The position numbers and the translations under genes are program-made. The notes under the pieces were generated by a model. The model saw nothing but the letters and a program-made list of their open reading frames with translations, was not told the origin of the DNA and did no database searches. Below are positions 18,582 through 29,672 of a DNA stretch of 64,000 nt, piece after piece (within the stretch, counting starts at the first letter, position 1; each line of letters starts with the position of its first letter). This DNA comes from Sedimentisphaerales bacterium (GTDB lineage: Bacteria; Planctomycetota; Phycisphaerae; Sedimentisphaerales; SM23-30), in assembly GCA_963666285.1 (NCBI GenBank), contig OY762711.1. The stretch is one strand, 5' to 3'.

Positions 18582-20717
18582 TTAGTTATTATCATCATAG
18601 ATACGATGAGAATCCATCCAGGTTGCTGCAAAGATTGCCAAGTCAGGCAGGTCGATTACGCAGTTGCCATTGTAATCATAAGGTAATGATTCCTGGTCAT
18701 AATCACATACCCAGCCGCCTGCAATATCCATATAATCCTGAGCAACTTCTCCAGTAGTCAAAGCGTAGTTATAGATCTTAACTTCGTCAATCTTGCCATC
18801 GAAATACCTATCAACAGCAAACTGACTCTTGGCAAAATAGTTCAACTCAGGAGCAACATCAACAGGATCAATTGTTGTTTCCTCATTTACACCGGCAAGC
18901 TCGCCATTTGCATATACTTTTGCTGTATCTCCGGCAAGTGTGACGGCAAGATAGGTCCATTCTCCCTGAACAATGGAATATGAAGAGTCAACTATCTGCT
19001 CGTCGCCGCCATTGCGGATTACAAAACGAACTGTATCACTATCGCTTGGTGTCAGGAATACATAATGAGTTTCATCATTGCCAAAGTCCCACACACGCTG
19101 AAACGCAGAGTTACCTGTCCACTTAACCCAGCATGATACTGTCATATCGCCATAATTAACTGCACCGGCAGGAATCTGGCCATATACACCATTGGGATCA
19201 TTTTCAGAAGGATTAACAAAGCTTATACTGCTTGCACCCAGCTCGGCATCTACAACATCAGTATCTAAAACTGGAAGACCAATAGCTGCCTCATCATCAC
19301 TCATCAGAGCCATGTCCCAACCATCAACAGTATCAGGAGTAACTCCTTCACTGACAGATTCGATTGGATAATAGCTGACCAGCCTGGATACCATCGCACG
19401 GCCGGGACCGGTTTCTTCACAAGAAACAGAGCCCAGAAAATTTGATGCAACACAATAAAATACACCTTCATCAGCAGGCTGCATATCAAGAATCGTAAGA
19501 GTATCTGTTGTCACACCGGAATAATCAGCTCCATCTACCAGCGGAGCTGCTTCGCCAACCTTATACCACTGAAAATCAATAACATTGTAAATATTTACAA
19601 GAGTAAACACCAATGGAGAGCCCGGTTCTACAACCGCTATTTCCGGCACAACACTAAACGGAAGAATATTATCATTAATAGTTGTAAAACTGGAAACCGG
19701 GGTAGGAGAAACCACATTGGAATTTGAATCATAACCAATTACTTTCCAATAGTATTTAGTCAGATACTCCAGATCTTCAGTTAATTCGCCTTCCAGGTCA
19801 ATCGTATATTGCTCACCAGAAGTTACTGCCATACCTTCAACAATCTTATAACCTTCCCCACTAGGATCGGTAGATAAGTTAGGGTCTGGAAACGGTGCCA
19901 GCTGAACATCAACTGTAACAATCCTTGGATCCGAAACTGTAAATACCAGATCATTATCTGCTTTATCGGGTTCAACTCCAATATGTTCGGCACCATCAGC
20001 AGGTGAATTATTTTCTACTGTAAGAATCCTGATATTGTCAACTCCTATAAAGTTCCAGGAATCAATCGTCAATTCATACTGGTGTATACGAAGGAAAAGT
20101 TCGCCACTCCCAGCTGATGATAAATCAAACTGCCATACTTCTTCTTGCCCAGGATCACCGGTTGTCAATACAGATGTCTTGGTAACCTGGTCAACCACTG
20201 TTACACCTGACGCTCCAAAAATATCAAGAGCTGCTCCATTTTCCGGGGTAAAAGTACCATCTGATTCCAGAATTGTGAAAGTCAAACCAATTTCCAGTGG
20301 ATCCTCACCCTGGTCTGTTAGGCGAGCCCAATCAAACGCTATTTGGATGACAGTATCTCCAGCTTCCTTTGTGCCGATACTTTGATATGCCCAGTTATTT
20401 TGTAAATCTGTTCCTAAATCACCGGGATCAGGATTCGTATTGATATTATCAGCCTCTCCTGACAATACCAGAACACCACCTTCATTATAAGAGGCTCCGG
20501 CAATCTTTACCCAGGCATTATGCCAACTATATGAATGAATATACCAGCCTACTTTATTCACCTCAAAATCCCAGATATCGGCTGCTACAACAAGACCGTC
20601 TTCGTCATATTCCGTATTAGCCTCAAAATCTCCATTTGTAATCCCAAGCTCAGCTTTTAAAACACCGGCAAAACACATAACAAAACAAAACACAAGTAAC
20701 AAACCAACCTTTTTCAT
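18582..20717 (-). CDS. Secreted Ig/LamG domain protein with a C-terminal dockerin-like motif
   Basis: Signal peptide MKKVGLLLVFCF; Ig motif DEGVFYCVASN; LamG motifs QRVWDFGN, WTYLAVT and FDGKIDEVKIYNYAL; C-terminal YDYNGNCVIDLPDLAIFAATWM. Confidence 0.85.
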   Translation of the reverse strand: MKKVGLLLVFCFVMCFAGVLKAELGITNGDFEANTEYDEDGLVVAADIWDFEVNKVGWYIHSYSWHNAWVKIAGASYNEGGVLVLSGEADNINTNPDPGDLGTDLQNNWAYQSIGTKEAGDTVIQIAFDWARLTDQGEDPLEIGLTFTILESDGTFTPENGAALDIFGASGVTVVDQVTKTSVLTTGDPGQEEVWQFDLSSAGSGELFLRIHQYELTIDSWNFIGVDNIRILTVENNSPADGAEHIGVEPDKADNDLVFTVSDPRIVTVDVQLAPFPDPNLSTDPSGEGYKIVEGMAVTSGEQYTIDLEGELTEDLEYLTKYYWKVIGYDSNSNVVSPTPVSSFTTINDNILPFSVVPEIAVVEPGSPLVFTLVNIYNVIDFQWYKVGEAAPLVDGADYSGVTTDTLTILDMQPADEGVFYCVASNFLGSVSCEETGPGRAMVSRLVSYYPIESVSEGVTPDTVDGWDMALMSDDEAAIGLPVLDTDVVDAELGASSISFVNPSENDPNGVYGQIPAGAVNYGDMTVSCWVKWTGNSAFQRVWDFGNDETHYVFLTPSDSDTVRFVIRNGGDEQIVDSSYSIVQGEWTYLAVTLAGDTAKVYANGELAGVNEETTIDPVDVAPELNYFAKSQFAVDRYFDGKIDEVKIYNYALTTGEVAQDYMDIAGGWVCDYDQESLPYDYNGNCVIDLPDLAIFAATWMDSHRIYDDNN

Positions 20718-21076
20718 TTTTTATTCCCCTTGATAAAAATACATTTTTACTTCCCTTGACTATCGGGATATACCAATGAACGCATAAAAAATAATACTAC
20801 AGAACAAATTCAAGAAGCCGGACTCAATGCTGTTAAATTTATTATACCACTACAATTCGCTTTAACAACTTGAATTTAACCCTGTTTTCCCACATTTTTA
20901 TATTTCTTTCTGCATTATACACATTCCCAATTTATTACTCACAATCATGCATAAAGCGATCGATATTTTTCAGAAAATTAACCAGAATACAATACATAAT
21001 ATAGACGAATTCCAACTATTATGGATTATTTAAAAAGATGTGGACGAAACTCACTTAATAGCCATAATTAATAGCC

Positions 21077-22429
21077 ATGACAGTAGCCTGCAACCTTAAA
21101 ATAATACTGAATTATACCAGACTCACAATCGGGATTTTGATGCTATTCCTGTCGGCTTTCGCCAACGCTGCTCATTCAAATACAACCGAAAGTATCGAAC
21201 CGGAAACATTAAAAGATCTCATTATCCCTGCTTCCGCTGACCGGGCCAGGCGTTTCGAAGCTGTAGAACTCGCCATCAGCAGCTACCCCGAATCTGCCCC
21301 GGTCTGGATCGCTCAGGCCCTGGTCAACACACCCGATCTGCAAGTTGCCGAACTGCTCCTGCAAAAACTCGAATATCTCTCCTCACCTTCATCGATAAAA
21401 TATCTTGCAATGTATCACCCGCAGAATAAGCAATTAAAAGAGAGAACTATCAAACTTTGCAAAAACATAACGCAAACCGATTACCCCCAATACGCTCTCG
21501 CCATTGTCAACCAGGACCAAAGCAAATCTGACCTGCCCGAATTCCAAATGACCTCCGACATCTGCAAAATATGGGAAAATCTCAACCTCCCACGCAGCGA
21601 TGCCGAAAAATGGCTACACAGCATTACTCCCCAAAATACTATCACCAGAACCATGAAATTCTGCCTCGACCGGTTTAACTGCATCCCTTCAACCTTCATC
21701 GAAATTGTCCAGTTCCGCAAACTCGAAAATATGCCGAAACCTGAGATCCTGACTCTCAAAAACAAGTTTGACATCCTTGCCGACCATGGTTATCTGTTTT
21801 CCATTGGCGACCTGGGCCTGTTGCAAAACCTGCCAATAGAAACAATTAAAACCTCTCGAGAAAACCTGGAAAGCGTCATCTCCCCATACCTCCAAAACGC
21901 CAAACATATCAGCCGCCCCCCCGCATACAGAAACGCTGCCAACGACAAACCTGACGATTTCGCCGGCCAAAAAGATTCACTTACTATCACCGACCTGCTC
22001 CGGCTTAAACTCATCATCAATTATATATCACAAAACAACCAAAAAGACATCAACTCATCCCTCACCCAGCCAACCGACAAAAGCGAGATCGGCGGACTCA
22101 TACACCTCAAAAATGACAGCCTGGTTTTCCAGTATTACACCCCCGGCAAATCCATCGGCCATCATCGCTATATAGAATCACAACAGTTATTAAGCGATGC
22201 CCCCAACGCCATCGCACGCTGGCATATACACGACCAGCGAAACACCTCACGCAACCTTGCAGGCCCAGGCATAGACGACATCAAATACGCCCAAAACCTC
22301 AACTCCGCCATCGTCATAATTACCTTGCTCCAGGACACCGCCACCGGCATAACTGCAAACTTCGACTATGTCAACTCGTCAGGCACCACCATCGACATCA
22401 CAGTTACCAATATTGTAAACTTACATTAA
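21077..22429 (+). CDS. Exported hypothetical protein with a C-terminal JAB/MPN-like motif set
   Basis: Signal-like N-terminus; C-terminal EIGGLI...WHIH...AGPGIDD resembles the E...HxH...PSxxD pattern. Confidence 0.6.
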   Translation: MTVACNLKIILNYTRLTIGILMLFLSAFANAAHSNTTESIEPETLKDLIIPASADRARRFEAVELAISSYPESAPVWIAQALVNTPDLQVAELLLQKLEYLSSPSSIKYLAMYHPQNKQLKERTIKLCKNITQTDYPQYALAIVNQDQSKSDLPEFQMTSDICKIWENLNLPRSDAEKWLHSITPQNTITRTMKFCLDRFNCIPSTFIEIVQFRKLENMPKPEILTLKNKFDILADHGYLFSIGDLGLLQNLPIETIKTSRENLESVISPYLQNAKHISRPPAYRNAANDKPDDFAGQKDSLTITDLLRLKLIINYISQNNQKDINSSLTQPTDKSEIGGLIHLKNDSLVFQYYTPGKSIGHHRYIESQQLLSDAPNAIARWHIHDQRNTSRNLAGPGIDDIKYAQNLNSAIVIITLLQDTATGITANFDYVNSSGTTIDITVTNIVNLH

Positions 22430-22770
22430 GTTTACTTTCGCAGTTTTTAAGTTGCAATAACGAAGTGCCTCTGGTAAATCGCCTAAAAGGGCCTTCTTGC
22501 AACACTTTGAATTTAAACAAAACGTGAGCGACAGCGAATTATTCCTGATGTCAACGTACATCAGGACACCTCAATTCTTCACTTCATTTTTCATTTTGCG
22601 TAGCTCGCCGCAACTCTAAATTTTGGTTCATTTCAGACTTCAAACAGATACTGCAATTTTGATATAAATTTTACTTTCGCGTCAGCTTTAAAATTAGTTG
22701 TGAGCCGTTAGGCGAACACCGGAATTTTTCACTTTTAATTTTTCATTTTTCATTTTGCGTAGCTCGCCGC
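22428..22770. repeat. Repeat cluster: one family-A copy followed by two modular TTTAAA-GT[hairpin]ACACC-(TTTTCAY)n-GCGTAGCTCGCCGC units
   Basis: The unit at 22512-22611 is nearly identical to 23187-23295. The unit at 22688-22770 has the same frame with a different hairpin. Confidence 0.8.
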
Positions 22771-22771
22771 T

Positions 22772-23888
22772 CCGTGGCATCTGGTCTGCCCACAATCCAA
22801 AAATAACAACTTACGATAATATCCGCAAAATTCCCTCCCCGCCGCACTACCTCTGCAACCCGCCTCGCACTCATTCTTATATCCCCGCACCCTTCAATTC
22901 CATTCCGTTTTTTAACCTCTCCTTCACCTAACTACTCTCACTTATAAATCAATTAGCCTCGCCGAACCCGGTTAAAATAGGTCGCGTAGCGACACCTTCA
23001 CTCCTGGGAACGCTGAGTACAAGCTCGGCACATTATTTAACCAGGTCGCGTAGCGACACCTTCACATCATTGGACTTGTCCAATGATGTGCCAGAGTGCG
23101 AAGCACGTAGTTTATCTGCTGACAGCTGACCACTGGCCGCTGGTCACTCGCTGCTGATTACCTGTTCTACTATCATCTGTTCTAATTTTAAACAAGCCGT
23201 GAGCGACAGCGAATTATTCCTGATGTCAATGTACATCAGGACACCTTAATTTTTCATTTTTAATTATTCATTTTTCATTTAGCGTAGCTCGTCGCGTCTC
23301 CGCTCCGTCCCCGTGTTTGGGCTTCCGTACCTGTTTGATGTTCCGCCGTATATTGTCCGCGGCCCGCAATTCCCCTTCGTTCAAATCCGTTACCCTTTTC
23401 ACCGCCGGCCACCCGCCGCGCTGCCCCGTTACCTTTCCGCACACCTCCCGTCAACCATCAATTAGCCGCGAGCGGTAGCGAGCAACCTTCCATGGCATCT
23501 GAAACCTGATTCCTGACCACTGATTTTCTCGAAAAAATCACCGCGTTTTTACAACCACCAAAACGCGAAAATCTAAAGTCTTCAATTTTTTTATCCCGTT
23601 TACTACAAACACCTTACAAACTTCCAAACCAACCAGCCCGCCCAAAAAATCAGCGCACTTTTGACATACCGTCCAATTGTAGAGAGCCAACAAAAAATGA
23701 TTACCAGCATAAATCAGCTCTCTACAAAACATAACAACGACGAAAACTTCGTCTTTAATATAAACAACGCTCAATAAAAACCGAATATTTCCTTCACGCC
23801 TCGGCAAATCAGAATGATTTGCCCTCTAGAATTGACAATCTCAATTCGTCTCCGCAAGAGCTCGCCTCGCAGCGGCCTGTTCCAAGCT
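22772..23888. repeat. Long non-coding duplicated element, copy 1 (three conserved blocks separated by repeat mosaics)
   Basis: Blocks 22772-22928, 23295-23464 and 23521-23888 align by eye with the reverse complement of 56966-57124, 56517-56686 and 56123-56484. Confidence 0.85.
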
Positions 23889-23973
23889 TTGCTTGGTCTC
23901 CGCGCAGCATTCCAGGCAAGGCTTTACTTAGCCTTGCCTAATACCTTTCAAACTGTCCATCAAACAGTTTGAG

Positions 23974-24375
23974 TTAATTATCTACACACAGTCCTAATGA
24001 TTCAATTTTTTGCATCAGCTCGCTTTTTTTCACTGGTTTTACTATATAATCCTCACACCCTTCTTTATATGATGCTACCACATTCTGAGGGTCTCCGAGT
24101 GCTGACGTCATTATAACCTTTACCTTACTGGTTATAAGGCCCTGATTTTCATTCTCATAAACCCTTATTTTTTGAAGGAATTCATGACCATCCATTTCAG
24201 GCATATTAATATCAAGGCAGATCAGGTCAAATGGTTCACCACTGTCAATTGCAAAAGTAAACATGCCATACGCGTCTCGTCCATTTTCTGCACATGCACA
24301 ATCTGCAATACCTTTGAAATGAAGCTTCATTAAAACCTGAGATGCATTATTGTCTTCAACAATTAAAACTTTCAT
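23974..24375 (-). CDS. Single-domain CheY-like response regulator
   Basis: Motifs VLIVEDN, DLICLDINMPEMDG, VIMTSA and YIVKPV. Confidence 0.92.
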   Translation of the reverse strand: MKVLIVEDNNASQVLMKLHFKGIADCACAENGRDAYGMFTFAIDSGEPFDLICLDINMPEMDGHEFLQKIRVYENENQGLITSKVKVIMTSALGDPQNVVASYKEGCEDYIVKPVKKSELMQKIESLGLCVDN

Positions 24376-24395
24376 AATTTGTCCTCATAATATTA

Positions 24396-27300
24396 CTATA
24401 TTTTTATAACACTTTCTAACCAGCCTGAACTGGAAAGATACGATACTAATTTTCGATATAATTCATCAACCTGTTTAAAATATAGACTTACCATTTCGTA
24501 ATCTTTTTCCTTTGCATATTGTTCTAAAACAGATGAAATTTCTGATAATTTCACTGCTCCAACATTCGCGGCCATCCCTTTTATCAAATGTGCTAAATGA
24601 GCTGCCTGTTCATAATCTGAAACCTGAACACTATTTTCCAGTTTAGCTAATAAATTATCAGCATCCCGGCATACCGCGGTTGAAACAGCTTCAATGGTCT
24701 CTCTATTACCGCATACACTGATTAATTGATCAACATCCAGAATATCACTAACCTTTGATAATAGTTTTTCTGCCATTACTTCATCATCTAAACTGTATTC
24801 GCTTTTTTTATCCAGAAATTTATCTAAACAGCTATAAAGCGCTTTTTTATCATAAGGCTTTGGTATAAAATCCAAAAATCCGGCTTCCTGATATTTTCTC
24901 TTCTCCGTTTCCATTACACTTGCTGTAATAGCGACAATTGGAACTCTGGAATTAATCCTCTGTATTTCGCTAATTGCATCTAAACCATTCAATACAGGCA
25001 TATGGATATCAAGCATGATAAGATCAAACTCTTCCGACTTTACCCTTTCAACTGCCTGTCTGCCGTCTTCTACTATTACTATATTTACTCCCGCTTTTTC
25101 AAGCATTGCTTTTATGAGTATCTGGTTTGCAGGATTATCTTCTGCTACCAAAACTTTTCCACTATAAGTGCCGCTTGCCACAGCATCTTCATCATTAGCC
25201 AGCATATTTTGCGAATCTCCATATTCAGCCCCTTCCGGAACTTTTACTGGCACTGTAAGTATAAAGGTTGAACCTTTTCCTTCCACACTTTCCACTGCCA
25301 TCTTGCCTCCAAGCAGGTCAACTATTCTTGATGTTATTGACAACCCTAAACCAGTTCCTCCATACTGTCTTGTCGTACTGCTGTCAGCCTGGGTAAAAGG
25401 CTCAAAAATCGCTTTAAGTTTTTCATTTGATATACCTATACCGCTATCTTCTATCTCAAAATGTAAATAATCTGTATCATCACTCTTACCTGATGATGTT
25501 CGCACTTCAACTTTTCCTTCCTTGGTAAACTTAACAGCATTACCTACAAGATTTATTAGACTCTGCTGCAGCCTGTCAGAATCAGCATTTACCATTTTAG
25601 GTAGTTCGTTCTCACAGATAAATGCTAATTCTAAATTCTTCCTCTCTGCCTGGGCGGTAAACATCCCTTTTAAACCGTTCAGCATCTCATACGGATCGAA
25701 ATCATGTTCATCCAAATCCAGCTTACCGGCTTCAACCTTGGACAGGTCAAGAATATCATTTATCAGACATAGCAAAGAGTTGCCTGACTCGAATATTAAC
25801 TTAACATACTCGTAATATTCTTCAGGCAGTTCCTTCTCCATTAAATGCGCACTAAAGCCTATTATTGCATTCATGGGAGTGCGTATTTCATGACTCATAT
25901 TTGCCAGAAACTGGCTCTTTGCCTGATTTGCTACTTCCGCTTTTTCCGCCATCTCTTGTGCCAGCTCAGTCTGCTCCTGTAAATTTTTATTCATTTGCAG
26001 GAGTTTCTGCTCTGCTTTCTTTTGGTTTGTAATATCTATCAAACTCTCTAAAAGATATTCTTCGCCTTCCAGTGTGATTTTACGAACGGTCTTTAATACC
26101 TGCAATTCTGTACCATCTGGACGAATTACTGTTTTTTCTGAATTATCAGCTTCATTACCTAAGTCCAGAACAGGGCATTCTCCATACTTTCTTGGACAAA
26201 CAAATCGATGACACACTTTTCCAACTAAATCACTTACACTCACATCGACTATCTCTGCCGCAGCCTCATTTGCCTCAATGATAACTCGATCACTGCAGCG
26301 AATAAGAATTATACCGGCCTGAACAGAATCCATTAAGGCACATGTTCGTTCATGAGCATCTGTTAGATACTTATATGCATATTCCAGCTCCTGGAAAGTC
26401 CTTAGCGTATTCTCCGCAATATCTTTAAATTCCTGGATCATAAAACCAGTTGTGTCCAGATCTCTGTTCTTACCTTCTTCTTCTGACAGCCCCCTGGTTA
26501 TTTGCTTCAATTCACGGTCAATTCTACTTGTCATTTTTGCAGAAACAAAAGAGGTTCCTGCAAATGCAATCATACTGAAACCAAGAATAATCAAAATCTG
26601 AACCAATAGTTTCTGCCACATATGGTATGCCGCTTCAGATATTGTCTTCTCTATATCATCAAGATATAAACCTGTTCCGACAACCCAGCCCCAATCATGT
26701 ACACCACGAACATATGACACCTTGCTTACTACTCTTCCTAAACTAGGTTTGTTCCATTTGTAGTCAACAAAACCGCCGTTAGGGCTTTTCCCGGCATTAA
26801 TAAGTTCTTTTACTACCATTACGCCATCTGGGTCTTTTAAATTAGATATATTTTGGCCCACCAATTCAGGCTGAGTCCTGTTTACCAGTTCAATTCCATC
26901 ATAGCTTTTAACAAAATAATATCCTTCCCCATTAGCAAATGAAATAGAACTCAGGTGTTTTTTTACTTCTTTCATTATTTCTTGTTCGGCAACACCTTTA
27001 TTTGATAAATTATCTCGCATTTGATTTACATCTGTAATAGCAATATCAACCATCATTTTCAATAGTTGCTTCTTGTTATCTACCATTTGTGCCGCTAATG
27101 CCTCTTTATCAAATCTAAACGAATACCATGTTTGAATTATAAATGCTGTTAATAAACTAATCAGAAGAATAGAAGTAGCCCAAAGTAAATTACTTTTTAC
27201 AAACGATGCCAATAGTCTAACCTTGCCTTGTCTGTTTAGTATTGACATCCTGGTAAAACTTATTAATGCAAATATAAACAATATTGCCCCTAGCGACAGA

Positions 27301-28319
27301 GCTGATACTACTGACCATGTTTCTTTCTGAATATCACCGATTATACTAACATCAATCGGTAAAGATGACCTGTCAAGATTGTGCCTGACCAGCTCATTCG
27401 TATCAAACATAGCTTTATTTGGGCTTTCTGTAACAACAGGAGGAATTTTACCATCTTTTAATATCCTTTTACCAAGCAAAGCCGCCATCTCACCCTGATA
27501 TTCAGAGCTTACCATCTGACCGCCGACAACACCATGGCTCAGATACAGGTCCAACATTCCATAAACCGGTGCTGGAGAATGCTTACTAATCAACTCAGAA
27601 CATTCTTCATAAGAATAATAATGATTGTCCCTGTCTCTGTTATATGTCATTAATAAGACAGCATCTTCGGGAGATATGGCAGACAAAGAACTTAATAGTT
27701 CTCCCATTGCCAGAGAATCAAAATAAATTAACTTAAAACCATAATCCTTCAATTTAAAAGCCGACTCAACTTCGTTCTTAACCTGCTGACCTGTTTGCGT
27801 TGTACCTGAGACCAGGTACAAATTCTTTGCTTTTGGTTGAAGCTTACGAATATAATCTACCGTGCTTATTGGGTCGACTTTTTCTGCAGCACCTGTAATC
27901 CGTCCTTCAAAACCGTCCAGTAAAGTCGGTGAATAGTTGTTTATTCCACAAAAAACAACTGGAACATCTGGAAATAACTCTTTGGAATATTCCCTTAGAA
28001 ATGTTAATGCATTATTGTCAGAAATGATTATTAAATCAGGATTTAAGTCTGAATACTTTGCTACCAAATGCTGAAAAACAATTGGAGATACTTGTTCTAA
28101 CGGATGACGCTTACTGTCAAGGTATTCAACATATAAATCATAATGGTCTTTATCAAACTCATTAATCAGGCTTTTCTCTACACCATCAGTCCAGGTAAAA
28201 CCCTCATGATAAGAATGAATTACCAGGATTTGTGGCTTTCCAGCTTTTTCCGCACGCAGGATAGTACATAACCATAAAAGAACAAATATCACTACCCTTT
28301 GCAACACCTCTGTTTTCAT
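24396..28319 (-). CDS. Hybrid sensor histidine kinase (periplasmic binding-protein-like, Cache, PAS, HisKA, HATPase, REC, Hpt)
   Basis: HSYH..F.WT sensor; Cache ([27 protein letters not shown]); [39 protein letters not shown]; Hpt [13 protein letters not shown]. Confidence 0.92.
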   Translation of the reverse strand: MKTEVLQRVVIFVLLWLCTILRAEKAGKPQILVIHSYHEGFTWTDGVEKSLINEFDKDHYDLYVEYLDSKRHPLEQVSPIVFQHLVAKYSDLNPDLIIISDNNALTFLREYSKELFPDVPVVFCGINNYSPTLLDGFEGRITGAAEKVDPISTVDYIRKLQPKAKNLYLVSGTTQTGQQVKNEVESAFKLKDYGFKLIYFDSLAMGELLSSLSAISPEDAVLLMTYNRDRDNHYYSYEECSELISKHSPAPVYGMLDLYLSHGVVGGQMVSSEYQGEMAALLGKRILKDGKIPPVVTESPNKAMFDTNELVRHNLDRSSLPIDVSIIGDIQKETWSVVSALSLGAILFIFALISFTRMSILNRQGKVRLLASFVKSNLLWATSILLISLLTAFIIQTWYSFRFDKEALAAQMVDNKKQLLKMMVDIAITDVNQMRDNLSNKGVAEQEIMKEVKKHLSSISFANGEGYYFVKSYDGIELVNRTQPELVGQNISNLKDPDGVMVVKELINAGKSPNGGFVDYKWNKPSLGRVVSKVSYVRGVHDWGWVVGTGLYLDDIEKTISEAAYHMWQKLLVQILIILGFSMIAFAGTSFVSAKMTSRIDRELKQITRGLSEEEGKNRDLDTTGFMIQEFKDIAENTLRTFQELEYAYKYLTDAHERTCALMDSVQAGIILIRCSDRVIIEANEAAAEIVDVSVSDLVGKVCHRFVCPRKYGECPVLDLGNEADNSEKTVIRPDGTELQVLKTVRKITLEGEEYLLESLIDITNQKKAEQKLLQMNKNLQEQTELAQEMAEKAEVANQAKSQFLANMSHEIRTPMNAIIGFSAHLMEKELPEEYYEYVKLIFESGNSLLCLINDILDLSKVEAGKLDLDEHDFDPYEMLNGLKGMFTAQAERKNLELAFICENELPKMVNADSDRLQQSLINLVGNAVKFTKEGKVEVRTSSGKSDDTDYLHFEIEDSGIGISNEKLKAIFEPFTQADSSTTRQYGGTGLGLSITSRIVDLLGGKMAVESVEGKGSTFILTVPVKVPEGAEYGDSQNMLANDEDAVASGTYSGKVLVAEDNPANQILIKAMLEKAGVNIVIVEDGRQAVERVKSEEFDLIMLDIHMPVLNGLDAISEIQRINSRVPIVAITASVMETEKRKYQEAGFLDFIPKPYDKKALYSCLDKFLDKKSEYSLDDEVMAEKLLSKVSDILDVDQLISVCGNRETIEAVSTAVCRDADNLLAKLENSVQVSDYEQAAHLAHLIKGMAANVGAVKLSEISSVLEQYAKEKDYEMVSLYFKQVDELYRKLVSYLSSSGWLESVIKI

Positions 28320-28607
28320 TTAGCTTAATCCCAATCACTAAGTAGTAGAATTTCAATTCCCCAAATAAATAGTTAATATTCAAGCTATTCTCAACTATTT
28401 AATAATCGGAAAATATTAAGCTTAACTGTCTGTTACATTTACAAACAACAAAATATTGCGAAATAGCCAATATTGGACGTTTAAATAACGTCATGTAAGA
28501 TAATGAGTTACAATAACATCTTGCTTGAAACTATGATATAATATCAAAGAATATTGATTGGGACACTCAGGTTATGGGACTGGGAATTATTATTAAAGAC
28601 AAAAAAA

Positions 28608-29402
28608 TCAATGTATATTTATTCTTCTACGAACAAACCCGGCAATATAAATTCCTGTGCCGGCCAAAAATACCGCACCAGGTGCAGGTACAGATGGTGT
28701 AATATCCTCAAGAAAAACAGTATCAATGTCCAAGGAAGATAGACCTTCGCTCAGGCTGCCCACCAATGGATTATAGATATATCCATCGTACTTAAACATT
28801 AGGGTTAATTTATAATTTCCTACTGCAGAAAACTGCCCTTGCGAATATAGAACATCTCCACCAAAATACATCCCGGTTGCTGAGGAATTATGGTTCGTCC
28901 ATATTAATCCATTATTACTGCTATTTAACCCCAGATACATACTGTAATAATCAATAGAATAACTAGCATCAGTCAAAACGGCATATAAAAAATCACTTTC
29001 CCCATATTCTGAAAGCCACGACATATCAACTCCAACACGATAATCAAGAGTACCGTCCAGGTAGAAAGAACTGCTTGTCATAGCAATATAGCCATACGTA
29101 TTATTATAATCATCAAAGGGATATGCCTGAGATTCTTCAAGGCGAACAATGTCATCAGTTGTATCTGTCAAAACCATACTCATACCGGGAACACTCGGAT
29201 TAGAGCCACCAATATTATTCCAACCGGAAACGGTCCACCCAGCCGGGCCAAATGGACCTGGATAACTTTCACCATAACCGGAACCTGCATCAGAATAATC
29301 AACTGAAGCCATATTCCATAACTGAACGGTATTACCACCTGAAAGAAATGGAGTAATAACCGATATCAAAAATAAAATCTGGGTCAAACGAGAGAATTTC
29401 AT
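28608..29402 (-). CDS. PEP-CTERM-like (VPAPGA variant) surface protein
   Basis: N-terminal signal; C-terminus VPAPGAVFLAGTGIYIAGFVRRR. Confidence 0.8.
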   Translation of the reverse strand: MKFSRLTQILFLISVITPFLSGGNTVQLWNMASVDYSDAGSGYGESYPGPFGPAGWTVSGWNNIGGSNPSVPGMSMVLTDTTDDIVRLEESQAYPFDDYNNTYGYIAMTSSSFYLDGTLDYRVGVDMSWLSEYGESDFLYAVLTDASYSIDYYSMYLGLNSSNNGLIWTNHNSSATGMYFGGDVLYSQGQFSAVGNYKLTLMFKYDGYIYNPLVGSLSEGLSSLDIDTVFLEDITPSVPAPGAVFLAGTGIYIAGFVRRRINIH

Positions 29403-29672
29403 ATAGTTTCTTCCTTCCGAATTTTAAAATCAAATTACTCCCGTTATTCTCCTCTATATGTTAATATATACCAGATTTACATTATTTTTCAATTAACAAT
29501 ACAAAAAAAAACATTAAATTTCAAAAATGTACTAAAACTAAAAGAATTGAACTTATTTACGGTTTTGATTACAATCTGCATAAAATTAGCATTCAGGCTA
29601 TATAATCCCCATATAAACAAACCTTAATATAGCCTTTTAGCACACAACAACATTGATCAGGAGTATAAAAGT

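Noticed and set aside
22440..23300. CRISPR array
   Set aside because: The repeats vary in length and inner sequence, spacing is irregular, and there are no cas genes.
23295..23807. Protein-coding reading of the long duplicated element (ORFs 23538-23807, 56001-56228, 57037-57252)
   Set aside because: These ORFs are not shared between the copies. The middle block is indel-poor but shows no clear synonymous bias in the frames I translated, so coding is not supported, though not excluded.
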